64,000 nt of DNA. Origin: an uncultured Poribacteria bacterium. Its GTDB lineage: Bacteria; Poribacteria; WGA-4E; WGA-3G. Every line of letters starts with the position of its first letter. The first letter of the stretch is position 1. Positions 50,503 to 60,466 of the stretch are shown here, piece by piece. The translations under genes were made by a program, and so were the position numbers. The stretch lies in assembly GCA_951828385.1 (NCBI GenBank), contig OX639973.1:2329564-2393563 (forward strand). The letters run 5' to 3'. Under the pieces are notes generated by a model, which was not told the DNA's origin, searched no databases, and was given only the letters and a program-made list of their open reading frames with translations.

Positions 50503-51363
50503 ATGACTCACGTTTGGAGAAAAAAATATAAAAACCGCAATAGAATCTTGGATAAATTCTACACGAAACAGGAAGTGGCCAAAAAGTGTTTAGATGAAGT
50601 CAATAAATTACCTTACAGCTATGATTGCGTAATAGAACCGTCTGCCGGAGATGGTGCTTTTTATAAAAATATTAAACATGACACCAAAATAGGAATTGAT
50701 ATTGATCCGCAACATGATGAGATTATCAAAGCGGACTGGTTCAATTACAATATTAACGAAATGTACAAGCGCGTATTGGTTATAGGGAATCCGCCGTTTG
50801 GTCAATATCAAAAGTTATCTTCAAAATTTATATCTCATGCCCTCTCATTCAGGAATGTCCAAACAATTGCTTTTATTTTACCAGATGTTTATCGAAAACA
50901 TACACGGCAAAAAATACTGCCTTATGATTGGAGAATTGTCTCTATCACTGAATTAGGAAGGGATTGTTTTACGCTGGAAGGGAAGGCATATCATGTGCCT
51001 GCAAGCTTCTTCGTTTTTGATAAATCAGAAGGAAAAGATTTAAGAGTTAATCCGAATGCCTACACAGAAACGAATGATTTTGAATTCTCCAATAAAGATG
51101 ATTTCGACATATTTGTATTTGGTGCTTCTCCGAAAAGAATTACGAAAACACCGACACCAAACAATCGAGGTTACTTCCTTAAATCCAAAATTCCAGTGGA
51201 AGATCTAATATCTAAAATCAAAGCGGTTGATTGGAGTGGAAATTCTTGTGCAAATGGCGGTGTATATTGGCTAACAAAATTTGAATTTTTGGAACAATAT
51301 ATAAAATGCCATGAACCAGATAGAACCGAAGAAAATCAGGGAAGTTTGTTTGATCTCCTTTAG
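50503..51363 (+). CDS. N6-adenine DNA methyltransferase
   Basis: DKFYT, IEPSAGDGAF (motif I), VIGNPPFG (motif IV), IAFILP. Confidence 0.85.
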   Translation: MTHVWRKKYKNRNRILDKFYTKQEVAKKCLDEVNKLPYSYDCVIEPSAGDGAFYKNIKHDTKIGIDIDPQHDEIIKADWFNYNINEMYKRVLVIGNPPFGQYQKLSSKFISHALSFRNVQTIAFILPDVYRKHTRQKILPYDWRIVSITELGRDCFTLEGKAYHVPASFFVFDKSEGKDLRVNPNAYTETNDFEFSNKDDFDIFVFGASPKRITKTPTPNNRGYFLKSKIPVEDLISKIKAVDWSGNSCANGGVYWLTKFEFLEQYIKCHEPDRTEENQGSLFDLL

Positions 51364-51976
51364 ATTGAACATGTCAAATGCGATGAACCAGAAAGAATTA
51401 AATGAAACGATAAGTTTCATATTAGACAATATAGATAGCAGTAGAATCGTGATGAATAGCGTAGCAAGTATTCGGCATCAATTAATTGATTTAACTATTG
51501 AAGAACAAGTTATTTCTGAAGAGGATTTTTACAAAATAAGTAGCGTTCTGTCCACACAATCAAGGAGTCCTTTGTGGGAAAACTATTTCATAAAAAAGCA
51601 TGATTGTGAAAGAGTTAGTAAAAATGAGAATAGAGGGGATCTAAAAAAGAACGGCAGATACTATGAGTATAAAAGTTCTGGTTACAATCAGAATAATTCC
51701 GTTAATATTCTTCAAATTAGACCGTGGCAGGATTGCGATTACATTATTCAGTCAATCTCTGATGATGGAGCAACTACGTTTGTTTTAGCACATGCAGAAA
51801 TGATGTTAGAAATGGATAGACTTAAAGCCTCTCCCGCACATGGAACTCAAGAAGCTTTAGAAGATAATAAAACCATAGAATACATGATGAGAGTAGAAAG
51901 AGATTCTGCGGATTGGGATAGATGGATTAGCAACTATTGCAAAGAAGGTGATATTTTCAATCCTGAAACAGAATGA
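51311..51976 (+). CDS. Putative restriction endonuclease
   Basis: RGD...YYEYKSS and LQIRPWQ (PD-(D/E)xK-like); AT-rich; coupled to an MTase; true start may be ATG 51371. Confidence 0.6.
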   Translation: MNQIEPKKIREVCLISFRLNMSNAMNQKELNETISFILDNIDSSRIVMNSVASIRHQLIDLTIEEQVISEEDFYKISSVLSTQSRSPLWENYFIKKHDCERVSKNENRGDLKKNGRYYEYKSSGYNQNNSVNILQIRPWQDCDYIIQSISDDGATTFVLAHAEMMLEMDRLKASPAHGTQEALEDNKTIEYMMRVERDSADWDRWISNYCKEGDIFNPETE

Positions 51977-51999
51977 AACCGTCCGTATCGCCTATCCTT

Positions 52000-53811
52000 C
52001 TACAAACCCTTTTTTGTCTCCTGTCCCTTGTACTGCAGCTGATACAACCGATAATAGATGCCACCCTGCTGTAACAACTCGTTGTGCGTGCCGGTTTCTC
52101 GGATTTCGCCGCGGTGCATCACAATAATCCTATCTGCATTCTGAATCGTCGAGAGCCGGTGTGCAATGACCACAGATGTGCGATCTTCCATCAGACGTTT
52201 CAGCGCACCTTCAATCAGGATTTCAGTTTCGGTGTCAACGCTTGAGGTCGCCTCATCAAGGATAAGGACACTCGGATCGGAGGCTAACGCACGCGCAAAG
52301 GCGACCAACTGCTTCTGTCCAACGGATAACCCAGCCCCATCTTCTTTAATCTCTGTACCGTAGACCTCCGGCATCTTCTGCACAAACCTGTCCAAATGTA
52401 CATCTTCCGATGCGCGTTTCACCTGTTCAGCGGAGATCGATGGGTCTCCTAAAGTGATATTCCGCTCAATGGAATCCGAAAAGAGGAAGATATTCTGTTG
52501 CACGATGCTAATCGCGCCGCGTAGATTCTCCAAGTTCATCTCCCGGATATCTACGCCGTCAATCAGGATCTGTCCCTTGTTGATTTCATAGAACCGGCAA
52601 AGTAGATTGATGATAGAGGTTTTCCCTGCCCCTGTATGCCCTACGAGTGCGACCTTCTCTCCCGGCTTCACCTTGAACGAGACATCCCGTAAGACGTAAT
52701 CATCATCGTTATAGGCGAACCAGACGTTTTTGAATTCAATCTCGCCTCTCAGACTATCGGTACTGTTCTTAGGAACGGCAGAAATGATTGTCGGTTGCGT
52801 GTCAAGGAGTTGAAAAATCCGTTCCGAGGATGCCATCGCGTTTTGGAAGATGGTATACTTTTCGCTCAGTTCGCGGATGGGCCAGAAGAATTGTTGCGCG
52901 TAGCCCATGAACATCACCAGTCCTCCAAAAGTCAGTGAATTTTGTACAATTTGTCCGCCGCCATACCAGATAATCACGGCTGTTGCGAGTGATGCTGCGA
53001 CCTCTATCAGGGGGTGAAAGATCGAAAAATAGAAGATGCTCTTCAGATTCGCAGCAAGGTATCGCCGGTTGCGCTCGTTGAAGCGGAGGTGGCTCCGTCG
53101 TTCTTGTGCGAACAGTTTCATCGTTGTCATACCGACGATGTTTTCTTGTAAAAAGGCGTTGATGCGCGCCAGCTGCTTACGTTGTTCTCGAAACGCGCGA
53201 CGCGAATAGATCTGATAAACAAGCGTTGCGCCGAAAATAATTGGGATCACTGTGAACGTCACGAGTGCGAGTTTCCAATTATATAGCAGCATCACCACGA
53301 CAATCCCAAAGATACGGAGCAGATTCGCGAAGATCGTAATCACACCGGAGGAAAAGAGTTCGTTGAGGACTTGAACGTCGCCCATCACGCGGGTCATCAA
53401 TCTACCGACCGGATTTTTATCAAAAAACTGTACGTCCAAGCGTTGTAAATGCGAAAAAAGTCCCTGACGGAGATCGTGCATTACATGTTGCCCGATCATC
53501 TGTGTGCGATACTCTTCAGAGTACCCAAACACGAACAGGCTAATCAATGTGAACACGTAAAGCACCGCGATTGTACTTAATCCTTCTGATATACCGGGGG
53601 TAATATGGTCGTCAATAGCAAGCTGCATCAGAAACGGTCCTGCCAATTGCGAGAGTGTATTCCCCACCATGAGAAACCCGATGATGAGCAGCTGGACTTT
53701 GTAGGGTTTGAGGTATGAAAGGAGCCGCCGCATTAACACCCGGTCATAGACTTTCCCGAGGTCTTGCTCCTCATCGCTATATTCGTATAGATTGCTTCCC
53801 ATGCCAAACAT
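52000..53811 (-). CDS. ABC exporter subunit (TMD+NBD), consensus half
   Basis: GHTGAGKTS, LSVGQKQL, ILDEATSSVD, IAHRLST. Confidence 0.95.
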   Translation of the reverse strand: MFGMGSNLYEYSDEEQDLGKVYDRVLMRRLLSYLKPYKVQLLIIGFLMVGNTLSQLAGPFLMQLAIDDHITPGISEGLSTIAVLYVFTLISLFVFGYSEEYRTQMIGQHVMHDLRQGLFSHLQRLDVQFFDKNPVGRLMTRVMGDVQVLNELFSSGVITIFANLLRIFGIVVVMLLYNWKLALVTFTVIPIIFGATLVYQIYSRRAFREQRKQLARINAFLQENIVGMTTMKLFAQERRSHLRFNERNRRYLAANLKSIFYFSIFHPLIEVAASLATAVIIWYGGGQIVQNSLTFGGLVMFMGYAQQFFWPIRELSEKYTIFQNAMASSERIFQLLDTQPTIISAVPKNSTDSLRGEIEFKNVWFAYNDDDYVLRDVSFKVKPGEKVALVGHTGAGKTSIINLLCRFYEINKGQILIDGVDIREMNLENLRGAISIVQQNIFLFSDSIERNITLGDPSISAEQVKRASEDVHLDRFVQKMPEVYGTEIKEDGAGLSVGQKQLVAFARALASDPSVLILDEATSSVDTETEILIEGALKRLMEDRTSVVIAHRLSTIQNADRIIVMHRGEIRETGTHNELLQQGGIYYRLYQLQYKGQETKKGL

Positions 53812-53846
53812 TGGTGGATTTCCCCTTTGATAGTACGTCGTCGCTC

Positions 53847-54000
53847 GGCGTGCTTAATGAAGATTAAAAAATTAATTCGGTAATTTGTTAGAAGTCCGGT
53901 GCGGTTAGGAGGGAAACACCCCAGCAAAAACACCGCACCTACCGGGCCTCGGGAAAATTAGGATTACCGATTTAAATAATTAAACTTCATCTAAGCGCGC
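53847..54000. repeat. MITE-like shell with a REP core between the ABC genes
   Basis: TIR GCGTGCTTAATGAAG..AATTCGGTAAT / ATTACCGATT..CTTCATCTAAGCGCGC; same shell type as the 132-bp unit. Confidence 0.75.
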
Positions 54001-54015
54001 CCACAGCTGCGTAGG

Positions 54016-55803
54016 TTACAGTTTCTCAAGTTCCTCTTGCAAGAGTTGTGTTTCGTAGATATTGGCGTAAATTCCGTTCTGTTCGAGGAGTTGTTCGTGT
54101 GTGCCTGCCTCAACAATGCTGCCCTCGTCAAGGACGACGATGTGATCGGCACCCTTGACGGTAGAGATACGGTGTGAAATGAGGATTGTCGTGCGATTCT
54201 TCATAATTTCAGTGAGCCGACTGAGAATCGTGTCTTCTGTTTGGGTATCCACATTTGCGAATGCGTCGTCAAGGATCAGAATTTTCGGTTTAATAATAAT
54301 CGCGCGGGCGAGTGCGGTCCGTTGGCGTTGCCCACCTGAAATTGTCATCCCACGTTCACCGAGGAAGGTTTCCAACCCGTCGGGAAACTCCTCAATCTGT
54401 TCAAGAAGGTCTGCGGTGTGCGCTGCGTCTCTTATCTGCGCCTCGTCTGGTGTTTCGAGGCCGTAGGCGATATTATTTTGCAAATAGTCAGAGAAAAGGA
54501 ACGGTTCCTGCTCGACGACCCCGATGCTGGATCGGAGCACATTTAACGGTATATCCTGAATGTCCACGCCATCGACAAAGACGGTGCCACGTTCTGCTTG
54601 ACGGATGCGTGGAATGAGATTGACAAGTGTAGATTTCCCGGACCCCGTTCCACCGACAATCGCAAGCGTCTTACCACGTTCAATTTTGAGGTTAATGCCC
54701 TTAAGCACAGGCGTTCCATCGGGATACGCAAAATTAAGGTCTCTAAATTCGATCTCACCTTCAATATCTTTGATCCCCCATTTCACCTGCTCGCCATCAA
54801 AGATTTCCGGTTTTTCATCAAGGATTGCTTGGATGCGTCCCATAGACGCTGCGCCGCGTTCAAAGGTGTTGACGATGAAGCCGAGCGTAATCATCGGACG
54901 GATGAGCATCATGAGATAGGCGTGGAACGCGACGAAATCGCCGAGCGTCATTTCGCCATTGATGACTCGGAGTCCACCCATCCAAAGGAGGACGACAATC
55001 CCGATCCCTGGCAAACAGCGAAAGATTGGGAAAAAGAAAGTCATCAGTCGGATCTGGTCGTGGTTACGGTCAACAAACTCTCGGTTCAATGCTTGGAAGT
55101 GTTTGATTTCGCTTGCTTCCAGTGTGTACGCTTTCACCACGCGGACCCCGGACAAATTCTCCTGCACTTTGGTGTTCAACGTTGAGAACGACTCTTGGAT
55201 TCGCTCATAACGTGCATGTAACCGTTTTCCAAGAAAGCGAATCAGGAGTGCAAGCACTGGATAGGGCATCAGTGCGACAAGCGTCAAGCCTACATCAATA
55301 CGAAGCATAATGGTGAGTGCAAGTCCGAAAAACACGATCGCATCCGCCGTATACATCACAGCACTGCTCAACACCATCCTGATGGCGTTTAGATCACTCG
55401 TAGCGCGTGTCATCAGGTCACCGGTACGGACGTTATCGTAATACGCAGCGGAGAGTTTTTGAAGATGAAGAAAGAAGTCGGCACGGAGGTGGAACTCCAT
55501 CTGCCGCGCGACACCTTGGATCGTACGCCGTTGGATGAAGCGTAGGATACCCGCAAAGAGCGCGATCCCAAAGATCAGTAGTGCGAAAAAGAGGATGCGT
55601 TCCGGAGAGATCGTAAAGACTTGCCCGACATAAGTCGAATCATAAGCACTTCTCCAAGCGAGTCCTAATTCATCAACGACCATCTTGAGGATTTTGGGGC
55701 TAATCAGGAGAAGGACATTCGTCACAACCACAAGAAAGAAACTGAACACGATGGCGTACCGATACCGAATGACATACTTCTTGAGACCGAGTAGACTGCG
55801 AAT
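54016..55803 (-). CDS. ABC exporter subunit (TMD+NBD), degenerate half; probable ATT start
   Basis: GGTGSGKST, ISGGQRQR, ILDDAF (D for catalytic E); AAGGAG-7 nt-ATT at 55803 adds IRSLLGLKKYVIRYRYAI in frame. Confidence 0.92.
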   Translation of the reverse strand: MRSLLGLKKYVIRYRYAIVFSFFLVVVTNVLLLISPKILKMVVDELGLAWRSAYDSTYVGQVFTISPERILFFALLIFGIALFAGILRFIQRRTIQGVARQMEFHLRADFFLHLQKLSAAYYDNVRTGDLMTRATSDLNAIRMVLSSAVMYTADAIVFFGLALTIMLRIDVGLTLVALMPYPVLALLIRFLGKRLHARYERIQESFSTLNTKVQENLSGVRVVKAYTLEASEIKHFQALNREFVDRNHDQIRLMTFFFPIFRCLPGIGIVVLLWMGGLRVINGEMTLGDFVAFHAYLMMLIRPMITLGFIVNTFERGAASMGRIQAILDEKPEIFDGEQVKWGIKDIEGEIEFRDLNFAYPDGTPVLKGINLKIERGKTLAIVGGTGSGKSTLVNLIPRIRQAERGTVFVDGVDIQDIPLNVLRSSIGVVEQEPFLFSDYLQNNIAYGLETPDEAQIRDAAHTADLLEQIEEFPDGLETFLGERGMTISGGQRQRTALARAIIIKPKILILDDAFANVDTQTEDTILSRLTEIMKNRTTILISHRISTVKGADHIVVLDEGSIVEAGTHEQLLEQNGIYANIYETQLLQEELEKL

Positions 55804-56101
55804 GGTGAGACTCCTTTCCGACAGGCAAGCCGCGCGTGATTATTTTTAATTTTGACGAAAATGTTGAATATGTGTTTAATCAAGTTTTCGGTCATATTAA
55901 GAAACCTCTTTCTGTAGGAGCGCGTGTTTTTGCTTGGGTGTTTCCCCCAGGCTCGCGACTGTATTCCAATCTTCATGTAGGAGCGCGTGTTTTTGCTTGG
56001 GTGTTTCCCGCGCTCGCGCCCCTGCAAAAACGCGTAAAAGTGCATCCAAGAATGTGTATAGGTGAATTATTGTGCGGTGAAGTCTGTTACACTTCGAGTC
56101 T

Positions 56102-58174
56102 ATGAGCGGAACCATTATTCAACCCCAAATTGCAGAAATTACGAAGAGGACAAAGCCTATGCAAAACAGTCAAAAATGGTCGCCTGCTTTAATGCAGCCG
56201 GAAAACAGTGATATAACGACTTGGGCACTTCCTGAAGGTGCAATTACGCGTTTGGGACAAGGTATAATAATGGGAAATATCACCCTTTCACCTAACGGAA
56301 AGCATTTCGTTGTTCCAAGCTCTATAGGAATTTGGTGGTACGATATATCCACTATGACTCCTGTCGGACTATGGGATACAGACAGAGGATTCATTTCTGC
56401 TGTCTCATTTTCTCCAAATGGCAAGTGGCTTGCTACTGGCGATGGAGATGGACTTGTTAAGGTATGGGACTGGGAAAAAGGTGTGTGTCTTTCCCAAATG
56501 GAACGAGACGAAACAGAAAAACGTTATCATAGTGTCTCACGATTTGAATTTTCCCCTAACAGTCAACTTCTTGCTGTCTCAAGTACCCGTGACTATATCC
56601 TATACATCTATGATCCAGAAACAGGGGAACGGCTCGCAAAATTCCACGACGATCCGAAGAAAACCAGATGGTGGGGCGGTACACCACGTCCTATCGCTTT
56701 TTCTTCAGATGGCAGTCTATTGGCATGCACAATGCCGGATGAAAGCATGAGGATGCATGCGGACCGTCGGGGCTATATCCGTCTTCCTAAAGATGCAACC
56801 GAATTCATCGCCGTATGGCATTTAGAGACTGGTGAGCAGCTTGCCTGTCTCACAGATACCGAACGTTTGGTACGTAGTCTTTGTTTTTCCCCATGTGGGC
56901 GTTTTCTTGCCTTAGGAGGACGAGATGGTGCGGTCCAGGTTTGGTCAGTCGCAAATTGGGAGTTGCTCCACATTTATCAAAATTACGGAACAGAACGAAA
57001 GAAGGTCTTCTATTCACCAGAGTGTGTCCTATACGCTGCAGAAATATCTAATGATAGCTTCACCGTATGGAATATACATACCGGTGAAAAGTCCAACACT
57101 TATCTTAAAACACATCAAGGGCTCCAAGGTGCTCATTCACCAAAGGAATGTCCATTCGTTTCCGCAACCGACAGTGAATTTAAGGTATGGACGGTTGAGA
57201 CTTCGCAACCGCTTACGTATCCTCATTTGCATTTTGATTTTTACCTTTATTCGCATATTAAGACACCTAATAATTTTGTCTTTTTGCCAGATAATCAAAC
57301 CCTCGCTGGCGGATATATGGGAGATGGAGTGTTGTTATGGAATATCGCCAATCCATTACACCCTCCTATACGCTTTAATCCGCCAGAGGATATTCGCGTG
57401 GTCTCCGTTTCCCACCTCGGTACACTTCAGGCGATTGGGATGGATAAAAGGATGGCTCAATTGTGGGAAGTTGAAAACCCCGATGTTCCGATAGCCAGCT
57501 TCACTCTGCCTGATCCTGAAAATCTTGTCACCGATCAAGAAAAACAGGTGACAGCAGCAGCATTTGCCTCTAAAAGGAACTTTTTGGCATGCGGTGACAA
57601 TGCAGGGATGTTGTACGTATGGGATGTGCAGCGACATGAGATACTCCATACGATCACAGCACATGATAGCAAGATTCATTCGATAATATTTAGTCCAAAT
57701 GAAAAACTGCTGGTAAGTGTTAAAGATGCGGGACCTATATCCCGAATGTGGGATGTTGAAAGTGGTGAAACGATCGAAGGGTTTCCTGATAAATATCGTG
57801 CAATCGCTTTTTCTGCTTGCAGTACTCTGGTAGCCTGTGGAAATATCCAAGAACTTCTATTATGGGATACCCTCCATCGAGAGGTTACCATGTTATTACC
57901 TCTACCGCAAGAGAGTCGGGATCCATTTGCATTGGCATTTTCACCGTGTGGTCGCTATTTGGCTTCTGGTGCGTGGTGGAATCAAGGATTAGGTATTAAG
58001 AAGTGTCCAGTGCTGTTGTGGGATATTGAGAGTGGCGAGAACATTGCCGCCTTCCGGGGGCACCCCACCGATGTCCAGAGCCTCGCCTTCTCTCCTGATG
58101 GTACGATTTTGGCGAGTGGAGGCTTTGGTGGCACCATCATGCTTTGGGATATGAAACCCTATACAAGTGGTTAG
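56102..58174 (+). CDS. WD40 repeat protein
   Basis: WALPEGAITRLGQG; repeated FSP.G..LA...WD; GHPTDVQSLAFSPDG. Start may be ATG 56159. Confidence 0.9.
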   Translation: MSGTIIQPQIAEITKRTKPMQNSQKWSPALMQPENSDITTWALPEGAITRLGQGIIMGNITLSPNGKHFVVPSSIGIWWYDISTMTPVGLWDTDRGFISAVSFSPNGKWLATGDGDGLVKVWDWEKGVCLSQMERDETEKRYHSVSRFEFSPNSQLLAVSSTRDYILYIYDPETGERLAKFHDDPKKTRWWGGTPRPIAFSSDGSLLACTMPDESMRMHADRRGYIRLPKDATEFIAVWHLETGEQLACLTDTERLVRSLCFSPCGRFLALGGRDGAVQVWSVANWELLHIYQNYGTERKKVFYSPECVLYAAEISNDSFTVWNIHTGEKSNTYLKTHQGLQGAHSPKECPFVSATDSEFKVWTVETSQPLTYPHLHFDFYLYSHIKTPNNFVFLPDNQTLAGGYMGDGVLLWNIANPLHPPIRFNPPEDIRVVSVSHLGTLQAIGMDKRMAQLWEVENPDVPIASFTLPDPENLVTDQEKQVTAAAFASKRNFLACGDNAGMLYVWDVQRHEILHTITAHDSKIHSIIFSPNEKLLVSVKDAGPISRMWDVESGETIEGFPDKYRAIAFSACSTLVACGNIQELLLWDTLHREVTMLLPLPQESRDPFALAFSPCGRYLASGAWWNQGLGIKKCPVLLWDIESGENIAAFRGHPTDVQSLAFSPDGTILASGGFGGTIMLWDMKPYTSG

Positions 58175-58239
58175 AAACGCAAGATGCGTATGTATAAATT
58201 TCCAAACCAAAACCGACTTTTTTCAAACACAATCAAGGA

Positions 58240-60339
58240 GTGAATATGAAACAAAATCGAAGACCGGCACCCTTTAATGTTGTGCCGAGTGATACCGAAG
58301 GAATTACATGGGCATTACCAGAAGGCGCAACCGCCCGATTGGGAAAAGGTAATTTTCGTAGTGTGAAACCGTCCCCAAATGGCACGTATTTCGCCGTTGG
58401 AACTGGTATGGGACTCTGGTGGTATGAAATGTCGTCAAAGTCGCCTATCGCGTTGTGGGAAACTGAGCGCGGTATGATCTCCACTGTCGATTTTTCGCAA
58501 GATAGCGAATGGATTGCTATCGCCAATTATGATGGCGTTATTAAGGTGGTGGATATTCAGAGTGGTGAGTATCTCGCGCAGATGAAGCGGACAGAAGAAC
58601 ATAATATCTATTGGCACATCCACTTTTCTCCGGATCAAAAGTGGATCGCCACCGCGAATTTTAGCGGCATCGTTGAAGTGTTAGATGTCCATCGCGGTGT
58701 GTGCATCGCAGAGATGGATCGAGGTGAGCGTGAAGTTGAATCAGCTGATATTTCCCAACTTGAATTTTCGCCCGATGGACAGTACATCGCTGCTATTGGA
58801 GATAACGATAAAGTCTATTCAGTCCGCGATGATCGACTTGTTAACCCTGATACAGAAGGCATGCAAACTCACATCTGGCATCCTGCAACAGGTGTACCAA
58901 TTGTCAAATTCGCAGGTAGTAGATTTGCGTTCTCGCCAGACAGTCGCCTGTTGGCGGGCGCGACTCCCGATGAATCCGCCAGTGATGACGACCGCGTTGA
59001 CCGATGGATCTCAGTGTGGGATATAGCGAAGGTGGAGCGCATTGCTCACTTCAAAGCACATAGCGATTGGGTAGATGCTATTACCTTTTCGCCTTGCAGT
59101 AATTTCCTCGTATCAAGTAGCAGAGATAAAAACCTACGCGTGTGGGATGTCGCGAAGGGTGTGCAAAAGACGGCTTATAATGACTTTCAAACGTCTCGGA
59201 TAGCACCATTTTATTCGACCAAAGGTGAGTTGTTCGCGATTGTTGATGGGCAAGACACCATTGAAGTCTGGAATATGGAACGCAATGAAAAAATAGAAAT
59301 CCCGGAATTACATCCGAGGAGTATTGATGCCGCATGGTTCAGAGAATTCCCGCAGTTGGCTCTCGCCGCGGTTCACACCAACACCACACCAAACAAAAAG
59401 ACTCAAATTGGCAACATACATACATTCTCAACACTCTGTGAACCCGATTGCTTTCCAGATCCGGTTCTGTTTTTGCCGGATGGAAAGACGCTGGCGATAA
59501 GAGGGCATCGGACCGGTATTGTGCTATGGGATGTTGAAAGTAAGCAGGTTCGGGAAACATTATTGAAGGATACACGCCTTACCTCTTTTACTGTTCTGCC
59601 TTCTGGAAACATGCTGGCTGCCCATAGTCAAGACAACAACATCAAAGTTTGGGATGCCGAGAAACCTGACGCACCGATTGCAGAATTCACTGAAACCGAT
59701 TCGGTCCGATTGATATGGAATATAGCGTTCGCACCGACGGGTGATCTACTTGCAGTTGGAAGTAGGGAAGGCGCAATCTATCTATGGGATTTCAAACGTA
59801 AGGAGCGGTTGAAACCTCTCACAGGACACACCGAGCACATTTGGTCCGTGTGCTTCTCGCCAGATGGCAAACGCCTGGTGAGCGGTTCAAACGATAGAAT
59901 CGCCCGGTTGTGGGATGTTGCATCCGGCGAAGAGATTGCAACAGTGCCATTGGGTGAACCTCGGACACTTATGGAGATAGCATTTTCACCGTGTGGTAAC
60001 TTGATTGCGGGTGGGCTGTATGGCGAACTCCGTTTATGGAATGCCGACACGCTGACAACGCTTTTTGCGATCCCACAGCCGGAGACGCAGAAGCCGTACG
60101 CCTTGGCATTCTCGCCGTGTGGTCAGTATCTGGCATCGGGTACCTGGTGGGAGAAAGGCATGGAAAATATGGCAATTCGGTTATGGGATGTGGCAAGTGG
60201 TGAAAATATTGCAACGCTCTGGGGACATCCGACAGATATTCAGTCGCTTGCATTTTCACCAGACGGGACACTTCTGGCGACTGGTAGTTTCGAGTGCACA
60301 ACCCTCCTCTGGGATTTGAAACCCTTTATAGGTTCGTAA
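58240..60339 (+). CDS. WD40 repeat protein (paralogue of the neighbour)
   Basis: WALPEGATARLGKG, GHTEHIWSVCFSPDG, GHPTDIQSLAFSPDG. Confidence 0.9.
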   Translation: MNMKQNRRPAPFNVVPSDTEGITWALPEGATARLGKGNFRSVKPSPNGTYFAVGTGMGLWWYEMSSKSPIALWETERGMISTVDFSQDSEWIAIANYDGVIKVVDIQSGEYLAQMKRTEEHNIYWHIHFSPDQKWIATANFSGIVEVLDVHRGVCIAEMDRGEREVESADISQLEFSPDGQYIAAIGDNDKVYSVRDDRLVNPDTEGMQTHIWHPATGVPIVKFAGSRFAFSPDSRLLAGATPDESASDDDRVDRWISVWDIAKVERIAHFKAHSDWVDAITFSPCSNFLVSSSRDKNLRVWDVAKGVQKTAYNDFQTSRIAPFYSTKGELFAIVDGQDTIEVWNMERNEKIEIPELHPRSIDAAWFREFPQLALAAVHTNTTPNKKTQIGNIHTFSTLCEPDCFPDPVLFLPDGKTLAIRGHRTGIVLWDVESKQVRETLLKDTRLTSFTVLPSGNMLAAHSQDNNIKVWDAEKPDAPIAEFTETDSVRLIWNIAFAPTGDLLAVGSREGAIYLWDFKRKERLKPLTGHTEHIWSVCFSPDGKRLVSGSNDRIARLWDVASGEEIATVPLGEPRTLMEIAFSPCGNLIAGGLYGELRLWNADTLTTLFAIPQPETQKPYALAFSPCGQYLASGTWWEKGMENMAIRLWDVASGENIATLWGHPTDIQSLAFSPDGTLLATGSFECTTLLWDLKPFIGS

Positions 60340-60466
60340 GATCTACTAACATGCACTGATTGTTGATGGCTGACTGTGGACTGCCTCTCACAAAAAATAT
60401 ATTGACAGCATTTTCTCCTGCAGTGTATGATATGCAAAACAGACGTTACCACAGGAGGAAACAGAT

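Noticed and set aside
55722-56115. ORFs with repeated GKHPSKNTRSY
   Set aside because: Translation of two REP copies carrying module A, not a protein.
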